This document shows positions 34,070 through 45,926 of a stretch of DNA of 64,000 nt, one piece after another. Positions within the stretch are counted from its first letter, which is position 1; every line of letters begins with the position of its first letter. A program made the position numbers and the translations under genes. Below the pieces are notes generated by a model. It did not search any database. It had not been told where the DNA came from and saw only the letters and a program-made list of their open reading frames with translations. This stretch comes from Parcubacteria group bacterium (lineage in GTDB: Bacteria; Patescibacteriota; Minisyncoccia; JACPHC01). The stretch spans positions 12,704 through 76,703 of the forward strand of contig JACPHC010000004.1 of assembly GCA_016188775.1 (NCBI GenBank). The letters are read 5' to 3'.

Positions 34070-35525
34070 CGCAGTCCGCAGAAGACGAGCGAAGGCGGGG
34101 GAATAAAATCAACGGAAGATGACGACCGACAAGTAATGTCTATTGAAGCGCAACTTTTTGAACTGCGAGAATACGCGCGTAAAGAAAATCTTGAAATTCT
34201 GGAGGAATTTCAAGAGTCGAAAAGCGCAAAGACACCCGGACGAGAAATCTTCGGCGAGATGATGGCGAAAATAGAAAGTGATGGAGATTTTGGCATACTC
34301 GCGTGGCACCCCGATCGCCTTGCGCGTAATAGTATTGACGGAGGACGCATTATCTACACCGTAGATCAGAAGAAAATAGTGTCTTTGCGTTTTCCGACAT
34401 TTTGGTTTGAACCAACCCCGCAGGGGCTCTTTATGTTGCAAGTGGCGTTCGGATGCGTCGTAAAGAATGGCTGGGACTTGCGCCTTTCGGATACCAAAAC
34501 AATCCACTTATTCGTAATATTGAACCGCACCCGACCGAAGCGCGTATTGTTAAATTAGCGTTTGAGGAATATGCGAAAGGCGTACACTCTTTTGTTTCTC
34601 TCGCGCAATTTTTGGCGGACCTCGGCGTTGTCTCAAAAAATAGAATGCCACTTGCCAAAGCTTCCATCAAACGACTTTTAACGAACAGAGCATATCTCGG
34701 CTTTTTGAAACACAAAGGAGAATGGTTTGATGGAAACTTTGAACCAATTCTTTCTCCCGCATTGTTTGAAGCCGTGCAGAAAATTTTGAAAACGAAAGAG
34801 CGGCCGCGCCACCGCCGCGCTCGGCACGATTTCCCATTTACCGGATTATTCCGGTGTGCCGAGTGCGGCTCAATGATTAGCGCGCAATGGGCGGTCAATC
34901 GCTGGGGTACAAAATATCGCTACTATCGCTGTTCAAAAAAGCGCGGCCGCTGTCCGCAACCATATATTCAAGAGGCGGAGTTGGCGCGGCAAATCAAGGC
35001 ACGGCTTCAAACAATCTCGCTTTGCGACAATCTCACCGATTGGATGTTGGAAAAAGTAAAAAGTTGGGAGCACGAGGAAATCGGAGCGTCGCAAAGCGAG
35101 GTTCAAAATCTTTCCGAAAATATTAAAACGGCAGAAGCGAGGATGGAAAAGCTGGTTTCCACTTATCTTGATGGCGACATTCCCAAACAAACTTATCTCA
35201 AAAAGAAAGATGAAATTTTACTCGCTTCTGCCGTTTTGGAGCAAAGGAAAAAAGATTTTGAAAACGGGAGAAAAAATTGGGTCGAACCCCTGCGGGAATG
35301 GATTTTAGATACGAAACAGGCCGATTTTTTGAGCACATCGAATGATTTTCACCAAATCAAAACATTTGTTCAAAAAATCGGAACGAACCCTCGGGTTCGT
35401 AACAAATCCGCCGTCTTTGATTTTTGCCCAGCCAGCCAGTTCGCCGCGAAGCGGCGAGGGATTTTGCGGAGCGCGGCCGCCTCGCGGCCGCGCGGAGCAA
35501 CCCTTTCAAATCGTGAAGTTTCTAT
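34070..35525 (+). pseudogene. large serine recombinase: frameshifted, without an in-frame start codon, and with a degenerate catalytic motif
   Basis: Resolvase-domain remnant (IKSTEDDDRQVMSIEAQ...DRLARN) with no start codon upstream. Frame shift near 34440-34460. Recombinase plus zinc-ribbon domain (FRCAECGSMIS...YYRCSKKRGRCPQP) in the second frame. The track ORF runs on through the tRNA only because no stop codon intervenes. Confidence 0.7.
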
Positions 35526-35615
35526 TGGCGGAGGCGGTGAGATTCGAACTCACGATGCCCTTTCGGACATACTTGCTTTCCAAGCAAGCGCACTAGGCCG
35601 CTATGCGACGCCTCC
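35526..35615 (-). tRNA. tRNA-Ser (anticodon GGA), class II with long variable arm, CCA encoded
   Basis: rc sequence GGAGGCG-TC-GCATAGCGGCCTAGTGCG-CTTGC-TTGGAAA-GCAAG-TATGTCCGAAAGGGCATC-GTGAG-TTCGAAT-CTCAC-CGCCTCC-G-CCA folds as a cloverleaf. Confidence 0.85.
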
Positions 35616-35715
35616 AATAGATTGGATTATATAGTTTAAAATCGGGAAAATCAAACGATATCAGTATTACATATTGATATTTTTTTTGTTATAATAAATA
35701 TAATCAATAAAAAAC

Positions 35716-37929
35716 ATGAAAATATTTAGATTTTCCCTGATTTTTCTTTTTCTTGTTTTTGGGTTTTTTATTTTTGCCAAAATTTCTTTCGCTCAAAGCG
35801 TAACGGTCAATCAGCCCAACGGCGGCGAATGTCTAAAAACTAATCAAGCTTATTCTATTACCTGGACGAGAGTTGGCGGCGATCATGTCGCTCTTTATTA
35901 TCGTTCTGACGGCCAACAACCGACTCATCTTGACAACAGCTTGATTGATCATGGAATGACCGGCTCTTCTTTTAATTGGACCCCTTCGGCGGGCGAAGCC
36001 TCGGAAACAGGCAGAATCTGGGCGGAAATTCACGACGCGGATCATAATTCTTTAAATGTCTGGGATCAATCTAACGCTAATTTTTCAGTAAGGTCGAGTT
36101 GTCCGACTATCGGTTTATCCCCAGCGAGTTTTAGTTTTTCCGGTTCAGTCGGCGGATCAAATCCTCCCTCCCAAACTTTGACCGTCACCAATACCGGCGC
36201 CAGCGGCTCTTCTTTAAGTTGGACTGGAACCAGTAATCAATCCTGGCTATCCATCTCTCCGACCTCCGGCGGTCCGCTTGGTTCAGGCGCTTCAAATTCG
36301 GTAAGCGTGAGCGTAAATATCGCTGGCTTAACCGAAGGCACTTACAATGGAACAATAACGATTTCGGGCATATCAACCAATAAATCGCAAACAGTGTCAG
36401 TCGCTTTAACTATTAATCCGGCTGGCCCCACTATTTCCCTCACTCCTTCCAGTTTTAATTTCACGGCAACAACAGGCGCCAATCCGGCCAGTCAAACTTT
36501 AACAATTACCAATGTCGGTCCATCCGGATCCAATCTCAACTGGTCCGCTTCCGACAATGCCGCCTGGCTGACTCTTTCCCCGACTTCCGGCGGGCCTCTG
36601 GGTTCCGGAGCTTCAAGTTCGCCAGTGACGAGTATTGACACAGCCGGACTGGCAGCCGGAACTTATAACGGGACAATAACGATTTCTGACGCCAGCGCGA
36701 CTAACAGCCCGCAAACAGCCGGCGCGACATTAACTCTTAACGCGGCTTCATCCGGCTCATCCTCAATAACAACCGGACCGGCTGTTATTTCCAGTTCAAT
36801 AAAAACAATAATATCGCTGACCGGCGCGGAAATTACCTGGCAAACAGATACGGAATCGTACAGCCAAATTGAATACGGCCCAACGATTAATTACGAATTC
36901 CAAGGCCAGCTAGACGCGGTTTTGAGCCTTACTCATAAAATGATTTTGGAAAATTTGCTTTCGGAAACAACTTATCATTTTAGAATTGCCAGCGGCCGAT
37001 TTTTGCAGCAATCCATCAAATCAGCCGATTTTATTTTTACCACTTTGAGCTTACCCAAGTCGGAATCAGCGCCCGTCATTCTGCCGGAAGCAGAACAGCC
37101 AAAAGAAGAACCTCCTTCCCTCCCTTCAATCGTCATCCCGCCGCCAATAGTAAATTCAATTTTTAATCGGCCGGGCAACAAAAAAATTGAACTTTCTTGG
37201 ACTAATCCCGACCCTGAAAAATTTAAAGAAATAAAAATTATAAGAAAAGAGGATAAATTTCCTTCCAACCCGTCTGACGGAGAAACAGTATTTCAAGGAA
37301 TGGCCAATTTATTCCTTGACGAGTCGGTGAAAAACGGGGTCCGTTATTTTTACTCCATTTTCACCTTTGACGAAGCTGGAAACTTTTCCGAAGCGGCTTT
37401 CACTTCTTCCAGGCCTCGGCCCGACCCGCCAGAAACGCCTCTGTCTTTCACGGCTCTTTCCAGGCAAAGCAAAAACGCGGAAAAACTGAACGATTATTTG
37501 CGAGAAATCGGCTATCTGGAAAAAAGTTCGCCGATCTTTGACGAAAAAACGAAAGAGGCTCTGAAAACTTTTCAAAAAGATAAGTTCATCAGGCCAACCG
37601 GACGAGCCGATTTAAGAACTCTTCATATCATTAATCAAAAACCCATTGAAGAATTAGGAGGAAAAAAAATTAGCGTTGAAGAATATAAAGAAATAACAAG
37701 ACACTTTTTTAATAAAGATTTTTCTCAAAGCAAACGTTCCCAAGAAGTAAAATTACTGCAAAAATCTTTATATATCCGAGGCTATTACTTTGGCCGATTT
37801 CATAATTTATTCGACGCGCTGACGAAAAAAGCCCTGATAAAATTCCAAAAAGATTTTGATATTCCGGAAGAGTCTGGAAAAGTCGGCCCAAAAACACAAG
37901 ACTTTCTTAATCATTATCCAACTATATAA
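35716..37929 (+). CDS. secreted cell-wall-associated protein: two BACON/Ig-like repeats, an FN3-like domain, two peptidoglycan-binding-like domains
   Basis: Signal-like MKIFRFSLIFLFLVFGFFIFAKISFA. Duplicated LSWTGTSNQSWLSISPTSGGPLGSGAS...GTYNGTITIS segments. PG-binding-like LNDYLREIGYLEKSSPIFDEKTKEALKTFQK and LLQKSLYIRGYYFG...KKALIKFQK. Confidence 0.65.
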   Translation: MKIFRFSLIFLFLVFGFFIFAKISFAQSVTVNQPNGGECLKTNQAYSITWTRVGGDHVALYYRSDGQQPTHLDNSLIDHGMTGSSFNWTPSAGEASETGRIWAEIHDADHNSLNVWDQSNANFSVRSSCPTIGLSPASFSFSGSVGGSNPPSQTLTVTNTGASGSSLSWTGTSNQSWLSISPTSGGPLGSGASNSVSVSVNIAGLTEGTYNGTITISGISTNKSQTVSVALTINPAGPTISLTPSSFNFTATTGANPASQTLTITNVGPSGSNLNWSASDNAAWLTLSPTSGGPLGSGASSSPVTSIDTAGLAAGTYNGTITISDASATNSPQTAGATLTLNAASSGSSSITTGPAVISSSIKTIISLTGAEITWQTDTESYSQIEYGPTINYEFQGQLDAVLSLTHKMILENLLSETTYHFRIASGRFLQQSIKSADFIFTTLSLPKSESAPVILPEAEQPKEEPPSLPSIVIPPPIVNSIFNRPGNKKIELSWTNPDPEKFKEIKIIRKEDKFPSNPSDGETVFQGMANLFLDESVKNGVRYFYSIFTFDEAGNFSEAAFTSSRPRPDPPETPLSFTALSRQSKNAEKLNDYLREIGYLEKSSPIFDEKTKEALKTFQKDKFIRPTGRADLRTLHIINQKPIEELGGKKISVEEYKEITRHFFNKDFSQSKRSQEVKLLQKSLYIRGYYFGRFHNLFDALTKKALIKFQKDFDIPEESGKVGPKTQDFLNHYPTI

Positions 37930-38010
37930 ATTTTTTAATTAAATCAACTAATTGAAAAAAGAGAAGGAAGCGAATTTTTCAAATCGCCTTAGTCATGAGA
38001 TCGTACGAAA

Positions 38011-38099
38011 ATTCAATCATTTGTCATTGCGAGAAGCGAAGCGACGAAGCAATCTCTATAATCAGCCAAGAAATGAGATTGCTTCGGCGATTCCATCGC
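38011..38099. repeat. MITE-like foldback repeat, copy 4
   Basis: TGTCATTGCGAGAAGCGAAGCGACGAAGCAATCTC...GAGATTGCTTCGGCGATTCCATCGCCTCGCAATGAC. Confidence 0.8.
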
Positions 38100-38157
38100 C
38101 TCGCAATGACGATTGTTTCGCAATATTTCAAAAATCCGTTTCCGAAGCTTTAACTAT

Positions 38158-38766
38158 ATGAAATATAAATTTATAATGATTTTAGCGATTATTCTGCTGA
38201 TGGGCGGAGCGGGTTATTTTGTCTGGAAAACGCAAATCGCATCGCCTCAACCAATATCTCTGCCATCTTCGCCTCCTTCTACTCCAACTCCTCTGCCAAC
38301 TCCAATTCCGACCGTTGAACCGATTCAAGCGCCGGAAATAACACCGAATATTGAACCGACTCCCTCAATCACTCCGATACCTTTGCCAGCTCCACCTTCC
38401 CCAACGCCAACGCCCGCGCCTCAACCAACTCCTGTTCCAACTCCAACCCCAACTCCAACGCCTGAAATTGAATCCCCCAAAGAATACATAATTCTTATTG
38501 ACGGAAACGGGTATCAAAATAAAAATCCCGTCATTAAAACTGGAGATACCGTTACCTTTATTAATAAAGACAATAAACTTCATTGGCCCGGCGCCGACCC
38601 TCACCCGACTCATTCAAGCTATCCGGACTTTGATAGTTTAGGAGGAATAAGCAACAACCAAAGCTATTCTTTCACTTTTACTGAACCGGGGCTTTATTAT
38701 TATCACGACCATCTTTTTCCGCTGGAATTGGGCACGGTCGGCATTATCACGGTAAAATCGCGCTAA
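38158..38766 (+). CDS. membrane-anchored protein with a Pro/Thr-rich linker and a cupredoxin-fold-like C-terminal domain (no Cys ligand)
   Basis: Start chosen at MKYKFIMILAIILLMGG, downstream of the MITE. Linker PTPTPAPQPTPVPTPTPTPTPE. C-terminal GDTVTFINKDNKLHWPG...YYYHDH. Confidence 0.55.
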   Translation: MKYKFIMILAIILLMGGAGYFVWKTQIASPQPISLPSSPPSTPTPLPTPIPTVEPIQAPEITPNIEPTPSITPIPLPAPPSPTPTPAPQPTPVPTPTPTPTPEIESPKEYIILIDGNGYQNKNPVIKTGDTVTFINKDNKLHWPGADPHPTHSSYPDFDSLGGISNNQSYSFTFTEPGLYYYHDHLFPLELGTVGIITVKSR

Positions 38767-38772
38767 TAAAAT

Positions 38773-40200
38773 ATGAAATTTCCAAAATTAAAATTACTTC
38801 CGACATTTATCATCGCTTCAGGAACGATTTTTTTGCTTTTGACTATTATCATTATTCAGATAGCCGAACCGCTTCTTAAAAATAATTTTCTGGAAGAAAT
38901 AGGACAAAACACGGTCGTTTTTGTCAACCGACTGGCTAACACCGTTCTTGTCCAAAAAAATTTTGAAGATTACGGCTCAGAGGAATCTCAAAAAAATTTC
39001 CGCGAATTCAGGCGCGCGCTAGTCGTGCCGAATTTAGCCAGATTAAAAATCTGGAATCCCGAGGGCGTGATTATTTTTTCCGACGAGTCCAGACTACAAG
39101 GGAAAAAGTTCGCCAACTCATTCGCTCTCGAAGCTTTGGATCTTTCAGTCAAAAATAAACTCATCAATACTCTGGAACTGGCGATCGAAACGAACGAATA
39201 CGCTTTTGACAAAGGCATCGGCCAAGTCTTTGATATGGCCGTGCCGATTACTTTCGGCCTCTCCAGAAAACCAATCGGCATTGTCGAGGTTTTTATCCGC
39301 ACCGGCCCATTGGAAACAAGAATCGCCGATTTTAGGTTTGCGCTGGCGACCAGAATATTTATCGCCACGACTCTTTTTTTCATAATTTTAACCGGCATTA
39401 TTGTCCGGGCTTCAAAAACAATCCGCGATCAGCAAAACGAGCTTAATAAATACGCCAGGGAGCTTGAAGAAAAAGTGCTGGAACGGACAAAAAACCTTGA
39501 AGAATCTCATCGAAAAGAAAATATGCTCAAAGATCAGTTTGTTTTCATTATTTCCCACGAATTATCAACGCCGGTAACCGCGATATCTTGGAATATCAGC
39601 TCTTTGAAAAAAAGCAAAACATTGGAATCTTTGAGTCCAGACGCTCAAGAAATGTTTGATAATTTGGAAAAAAACACAATGACGCTATGGAGAATAATCA
39701 GAAATATTGTCCAAATTCACCGCGGCGAACTGGGCAAAATCCAAATATCCAAATCTGAATTTGATATTCACGCTCTTGCCAAAGAAATAATTAAAAACAA
39801 TCAAGCCTTTGCCCAACTGAAAAAAGTAAAACTTGCCTACGAGGACGAGGGCGAGCCTTTAACGATCAAATCCGATCCGGAAAGAATCAAAGAAGTTTTA
39901 AACAATTTAATATCAAACGCGATACAATTTAACGGCCAGGGAGGCAAAGTCAACGTGAAAATGAATAAAAATGATTCTGAAATCGTCTTTAACGTCGAGG
40001 ACACCGGAATAGGAATAAGCGAAGAAGAAAAGCCGAAGGTTTTTGAAAAATTCTGGCGATCCGAAGACGCGGCTAAAATCGAAGGCTCCGGCCTCGGTTT
40101 ATTTATATCTAAATTTATCGTCGAAACGATGGGCGGAAAAATTTGGTTTGAATCTAAAAAAGCCATTGGCTCGACTTTTTCTTTTTCTTTGCCCATTTAA
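38773..40200 (+). CDS. sensor histidine kinase
   Basis: H-box FVFIISHELSTPVTAI. ATPase boxes DTGIGISEEE and GSGLGLFISKFIVETMGGKIWFES. Confidence 0.85.
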   Translation: MKFPKLKLLPTFIIASGTIFLLLTIIIIQIAEPLLKNNFLEEIGQNTVVFVNRLANTVLVQKNFEDYGSEESQKNFREFRRALVVPNLARLKIWNPEGVIIFSDESRLQGKKFANSFALEALDLSVKNKLINTLELAIETNEYAFDKGIGQVFDMAVPITFGLSRKPIGIVEVFIRTGPLETRIADFRFALATRIFIATTLFFIILTGIIVRASKTIRDQQNELNKYARELEEKVLERTKNLEESHRKENMLKDQFVFIISHELSTPVTAISWNISSLKKSKTLESLSPDAQEMFDNLEKNTMTLWRIIRNIVQIHRGELGKIQISKSEFDIHALAKEIIKNNQAFAQLKKVKLAYEDEGEPLTIKSDPERIKEVLNNLISNAIQFNGQGGKVNVKMNKNDSEIVFNVEDTGIGISEEEKPKVFEKFWRSEDAAKIEGSGLGLFISKFIVETMGGKIWFESKKAIGSTFSFSLPI

Positions 40201-40243
40201 ATTTACACCTTTACGGACGATCGTCCGTAAAGGTGTAAATTTA
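40198..40243. promoter_or_regulatory. perfect 46-bp palindrome centred on CGATCG (TAAATTTACACCTTTACGGACGATCGTCCGTAAAGGTGTAAATTTA) between convergent genes
   Basis: Shares the 20-bp core TTACGGACGATCGTCCGTAA with 8741-8784. Overlaps the kinase stop codon. Confidence 0.7.
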
Positions 40244-40355
40244 GAAATCTTCTATTTTCATAGACTCCAACACTCTTATCCGTTCCTCAATCGGCGGATG
40301 GGTCACCCCGTACAAATGCTTCGCGTTATACGGAGCGAAACTCAAATAAATTAAT

Positions 40356-41279
40356 TTATACGCTAAATTCGCGTAAGGCCCGTATCCTCTCCTCAATCGG
40401 CGGATGGGTCATAAAAAGTTTAATAAACCAAGACGTTCCCGCTTTATCAAATTTTTGTCCGCTTCGCAAAGGATTATCAAAATAAATATGAGAAATAGCG
40501 GCATTGACCCTTAAGGGAGTTTGATTGGTTGATATCTTTTTAAGAGCCGAAACAAGTCCTTCCGGATAACGTGTTAAAAGAACGCCTGAAGCGTCAGCTA
40601 AAAATTCCCGTTTTCGCGAAATGGCCAGCCGAATCAAAGTCGCGGCAATAGGCGCTAAAATTGCCGCCGCGATTCCTAAAATGATAAGCAGCCCCTGAAA
40701 TTGATTCCCCTCCCTTTCGTTATTTCTGCTCCGGAAGCCGCCCCACAATAAAGACCGCATAAAAAAATCCGAAACCAGAGAAATAACGCCGACTAAAACC
40801 ACTGCCATGGAATTAATCAGCATGTCGCGATTGCCGATATGCGAAAGTTCGTGCGCGATTACGCCTTCCAATTCAACTTTATTTAATTTTTCCAAAAGAC
40901 CTCGGGTCGCCGCCACGACGGCGTGTTTGGGATCGCGGCCCGTGGCAAAAGCGTTCATTGCTTCCTCTTCAATAATATAAATCTTCGGCATGGGCAAGCC
41001 GGCGGTAATCGTTAAATTCTCCACGACGTTATATAATTCGGGAAAATCTTTTTTTTCAACCGGCTTGGCTTTGGCCAATGACAAAACCAATTTATCCGAC
41101 CACCAATAAGAACTGAAACTCATAAAAAAACTGATAAAAACCGCGAAATATAAAATTCCCGGACTCCGATAAATTTGGGAAAAAAACCAGCCGATTCCAA
41201 TGACAAAAAACAAAAAGACTGTCAGAAGCAGCCAAGTTTTTTGGATATTTTCCGTCTGTTGGGTATAAATAGTCGCCAT
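40356..41279 (-). CDS. htpX: HtpX-like M48 zinc metalloprotease
   Basis: HELSHIGNRD (HExxH) with N-terminal TM helices. Confidence 0.85.
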   Translation of the reverse strand: MATIYTQQTENIQKTWLLLTVFLFFVIGIGWFFSQIYRSPGILYFAVFISFFMSFSSYWWSDKLVLSLAKAKPVEKKDFPELYNVVENLTITAGLPMPKIYIIEEEAMNAFATGRDPKHAVVAATRGLLEKLNKVELEGVIAHELSHIGNRDMLINSMAVVLVGVISLVSDFFMRSLLWGGFRSRNNEREGNQFQGLLIILGIAAAILAPIAATLIRLAISRKREFLADASGVLLTRYPEGLVSALKKISTNQTPLRVNAAISHIYFDNPLRSGQKFDKAGTSWFIKLFMTHPPIEERIRALREFSV

Positions 41280-41600
41280 TTAAAATTCTTTTTTTGCGAG
41301 CCGCCAATGGTAAACATAAACCGGAATGCCGACAATCAAAAAAGACGCGGCGTTTGAAGCTTCTCTTTGGCGATTGGAATCGCGCTGTTCTTCCTGTGAT
41401 TTCTTTTCCGCTTCCGGATCAACGCCTTCAAATTCTCCTTTTGGAGAAACCGGCCGCGGATAAAAAATCACCACATCGGCTTTTTTAAAAACAAAAATTT
41501 TCAAAGCCAAATCAGTAAATTGAACCGCGCCGATTATCGTAAGCACGAGCCCGACTGTTGAAAAAATGTAAAGATAAATTTTCCTTAAATTAATGTTCAT
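41280..41600 (-). CDS. small membrane protein (106 aa)
   Basis: Two hydrophobic segments. Abuts htpX with no gap. Confidence 0.5.
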   Translation of the reverse strand: MNINLRKIYLYIFSTVGLVLTIIGAVQFTDLALKIFVFKKADVVIFYPRPVSPKGEFEGVDPEAEKKSQEEQRDSNRQREASNAASFLIVGIPVYVYHWRLAKKEF

Positions 41601-41612
41601 TTAAAATTTCAC

Positions 41613-42167
41613 TTAAAATTTCACTTTTACCGGCTCTTTAGCCGCTTCTTCTTCCAATTCAAAAAATTCCGCCATTTTAAAATTGAAAATTCCGGCAATG
41701 ATATTGGAAGGAAAAGACTCGATTAAAATATTAAAATCCCGAATGTTGCCGTTGTAAAATCTTCGGGCGGCCTGAATTTTATCTTCCGTGTCGGTCAGAT
41801 CGTTCTGAAGCTGGGCAAAATTTTGCGACGCTTTAAGCTCGGGATAATCTTCAGCCACGGCAAAAAGAGTTTTTAGCGCGCCGCCAAGAGCCATATCCGC
41901 TTCTCCTTTTTCTTTCACTCCTTTCGCTTCCATGAGCCGGCTTCTCATTTTAGCCACATTTTCAAAAAGTTCTTTTTCGTGCGAAGCGTACCCTTTGACG
42001 GTCTCGACTAAATTTGGAATCAAATCGTATCGGCGCTTCAATTGAACATCAATATCCGCCCAAGCCTCTTTAACTCGATTTTTTAAAGTTACCAAGCGAT
42101 TGAACGCGAAAATAATCCATAAAATCCCGCCGATTAAAATAATTAGAACAATATAAAATGGGTTCAT
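41613..42167 (-). CDS. lemA: LemA family protein
   Basis: N-terminal TM plus [41 protein letters not shown] is the LemA signature. Confidence 0.85.
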   Translation of the reverse strand: MNPFYIVLIILIGGILWIIFAFNRLVTLKNRVKEAWADIDVQLKRRYDLIPNLVETVKGYASHEKELFENVAKMRSRLMEAKGVKEKGEADMALGGALKTLFAVAEDYPELKASQNFAQLQNDLTDTEDKIQAARRFYNGNIRDFNILIESFPSNIIAGIFNFKMAEFFELEEEAAKEPVKVKF

Positions 42168-42218
42168 ATTATGATTTTAAAAATTTAATTATATGTAAAA
42201 AGCATAACTCTTTTATGA

Positions 42219-43772
42219 TTAATTTGCAATAAACTGTAAAAAGACGGTAAAAACGCTTCCCTTTCCCAGTTCCGATTCCGCGTTCAAGCGTCCGTTATGA
42301 GCTTCAATAAAATTTTTTGCCAGATAAAGCCCGAGACCGGCTCCGTCCGGAACAGTTTTAATCGCGTTTTTGGCTCGAAAAAACTTGGTAAATAAACGAG
42401 GAAAATCTTCTTTGGCAATGCCGATACCCGAATCCTTGACAATGACCGCAAGCGCCGGTTTTCCGAGATATTCGCTTTCTTGAATCGCGATTTTAATTTC
42501 TCCATTTTCCGGCGTATAATTGACAGCGTTTCGAATTAAAATTTCAAACGCGTGTTTAATTTTTTCCTGATCCAAAAAAACCTCTTTAATCGGCACGGCC
42601 GAGCTGCTAAAAATCAATTTTATTTTCCGAGATTCAGCCTCCTTTTGAAAATCTTTCACTAAATCGTCAATAATTTCCCAAAGCTCGACCGGTTTTTTCT
42701 CAATCTTCATTGTCTCATTCTCAACGGCCAAGACCGCGAAAATATCACTTAAAACATTGACTAGAAAACGGCTTTTTTCATAAATAGAACGAACAAATTC
42801 CAGGGGGTCTTTTCTTTGCTCTTCGGGCAAAAGTTTTAAAAGTTCCGTTTCTAAAACTTCCGCGCTCCAGCGAATTCCCGAAAGCGGCGTGCGAAATTGA
42901 TGGGAAATAACGGAAATAAAATCTTTCTCCGCTCCTTCCAACGCTTTTAATTCTTCAAGCGCTCTGGCCAATTTTATTTTTTCTTCGCTTAAATTTGAAA
43001 GGGCCAATTCGAGTTCCCGCGTTCCCCGCCTAACCTCCTCTTCTAATTTAGTTTTTGGCATTAATTCAATTCTTTCACTGGAAAGAAATTCTTCCGGAAC
43101 AATTTCAAGAACTTTTGAAAAATCATCAATAAAATCCAATTCGTTTTTTAATTCTTTATAAGATTCTTCAAATAATCTTTCGGCGCGCAACGAACCAAAC
43201 GTTTCGGATAAAACCGTTTTAAGCAGATTTAAAACTTTTTTAAGGACTGATTTTATTTGCGAATTTTGTTTTTCCAAAGGATGTTTATAAAATTTTTTTT
43301 GAAGGTCGCTCCATAAAATTTTATTATCTTTAATAATTCCGTTAAAATCGTCAATGGCTTTTAAATTGCCGAATAATTTTTTATATTCCGGATCGGCTAA
43401 TTGAAAACGAGCTTTATCGAAACAAAGACTGGAAAACATTTCAAAAAGCTTTATTTCTATTTTTGAGACCGGCAAAAAAATCAACGAAAAATTTCCTTGA
43501 ACTTTGTCCGCGTGACACTTTTTATTGATTTGGGCTCGCAGAACCTCGGAAGAAATTCTTTTTTTTGCCTGCTCTTTGGATAAAAAACTTTCGAGTTGAA
43601 GATAAAGTTTGGCTAAAGCTTTTTCTTCTTCTTTCGCGTCCGGCAAAGAAATCGATTCAATGCTCTTGAGATAATCCAAGCCTTCTTTTTGAACCGCGTG
43701 TTTTTTTAAAATTGAAACAGCGCAGGCTTTAAATTTTTTTTCCGAGACGAATTTTTTAAAAAAGAAAAACAT
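42219..43772 (-). CDS. cytoplasmic histidine kinase
   Basis: H-box FISVISHQFRTPLSGI. DSGIGIAKEDFPRLF, GAGLGLYLAKNFIEAHNGRLNAESELGKGSVFTVFL. Confidence 0.8.
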   Translation of the reverse strand: MFFFFKKFVSEKKFKACAVSILKKHAVQKEGLDYLKSIESISLPDAKEEEKALAKLYLQLESFLSKEQAKKRISSEVLRAQINKKCHADKVQGNFSLIFLPVSKIEIKLFEMFSSLCFDKARFQLADPEYKKLFGNLKAIDDFNGIIKDNKILWSDLQKKFYKHPLEKQNSQIKSVLKKVLNLLKTVLSETFGSLRAERLFEESYKELKNELDFIDDFSKVLEIVPEEFLSSERIELMPKTKLEEEVRRGTRELELALSNLSEEKIKLARALEELKALEGAEKDFISVISHQFRTPLSGIRWSAEVLETELLKLLPEEQRKDPLEFVRSIYEKSRFLVNVLSDIFAVLAVENETMKIEKKPVELWEIIDDLVKDFQKEAESRKIKLIFSSSAVPIKEVFLDQEKIKHAFEILIRNAVNYTPENGEIKIAIQESEYLGKPALAVIVKDSGIGIAKEDFPRLFTKFFRAKNAIKTVPDGAGLGLYLAKNFIEAHNGRLNAESELGKGSVFTVFLQFIAN

Positions 43773-43805
43773 ATTTTGAAAATAACCTCACGTTTATTAT
43801 AACTC

Positions 43806-43835
43806 AAAAACCGACTTTATTAAAAGTCGGTTTTT
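43806..43835 (-). terminator. intrinsic terminator downstream of groEL (AAAAACCGACTTT-ATTAA-AAGTCGGTTTTT)
   Basis: Stem-loop with flanking T-runs and A-runs. Confidence 0.55.
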
Positions 43836-43878
43836 GTTTTTTAAAACAAGACGGTTCAAATCTCGCCCTTTTAATCAA

Positions 43879-45823
<1,945 letters not shown>

Positions 45824-45926
45824 ATTTTAAATTTCAAAATTTTGAAATAATTTCTTAATTAGCAATCACGACCATTGAGCGCTAATTTGATTATAATATA
45901 GTATTATATTCAGACAAAAATTATTG

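Noticed and set aside
34453-35634. C-terminal ~35 aa of the recombinase ORF (…SIGGGGEIRTHDALSDILAFQASALGRYATPPIDWII)
   Set aside because: This part of the ORF is just read-through across the tRNA-Ser gene on the opposite strand. No stop codon intervenes by chance.
38113-38157. Upstream start for the 38113-38766 ORF
   Set aside because: It would start within 14 bp of the MITE-like repeat and add a basic non-hydrophobic leader. The internal MKYKF start, followed by a TM helix, is more plausible.
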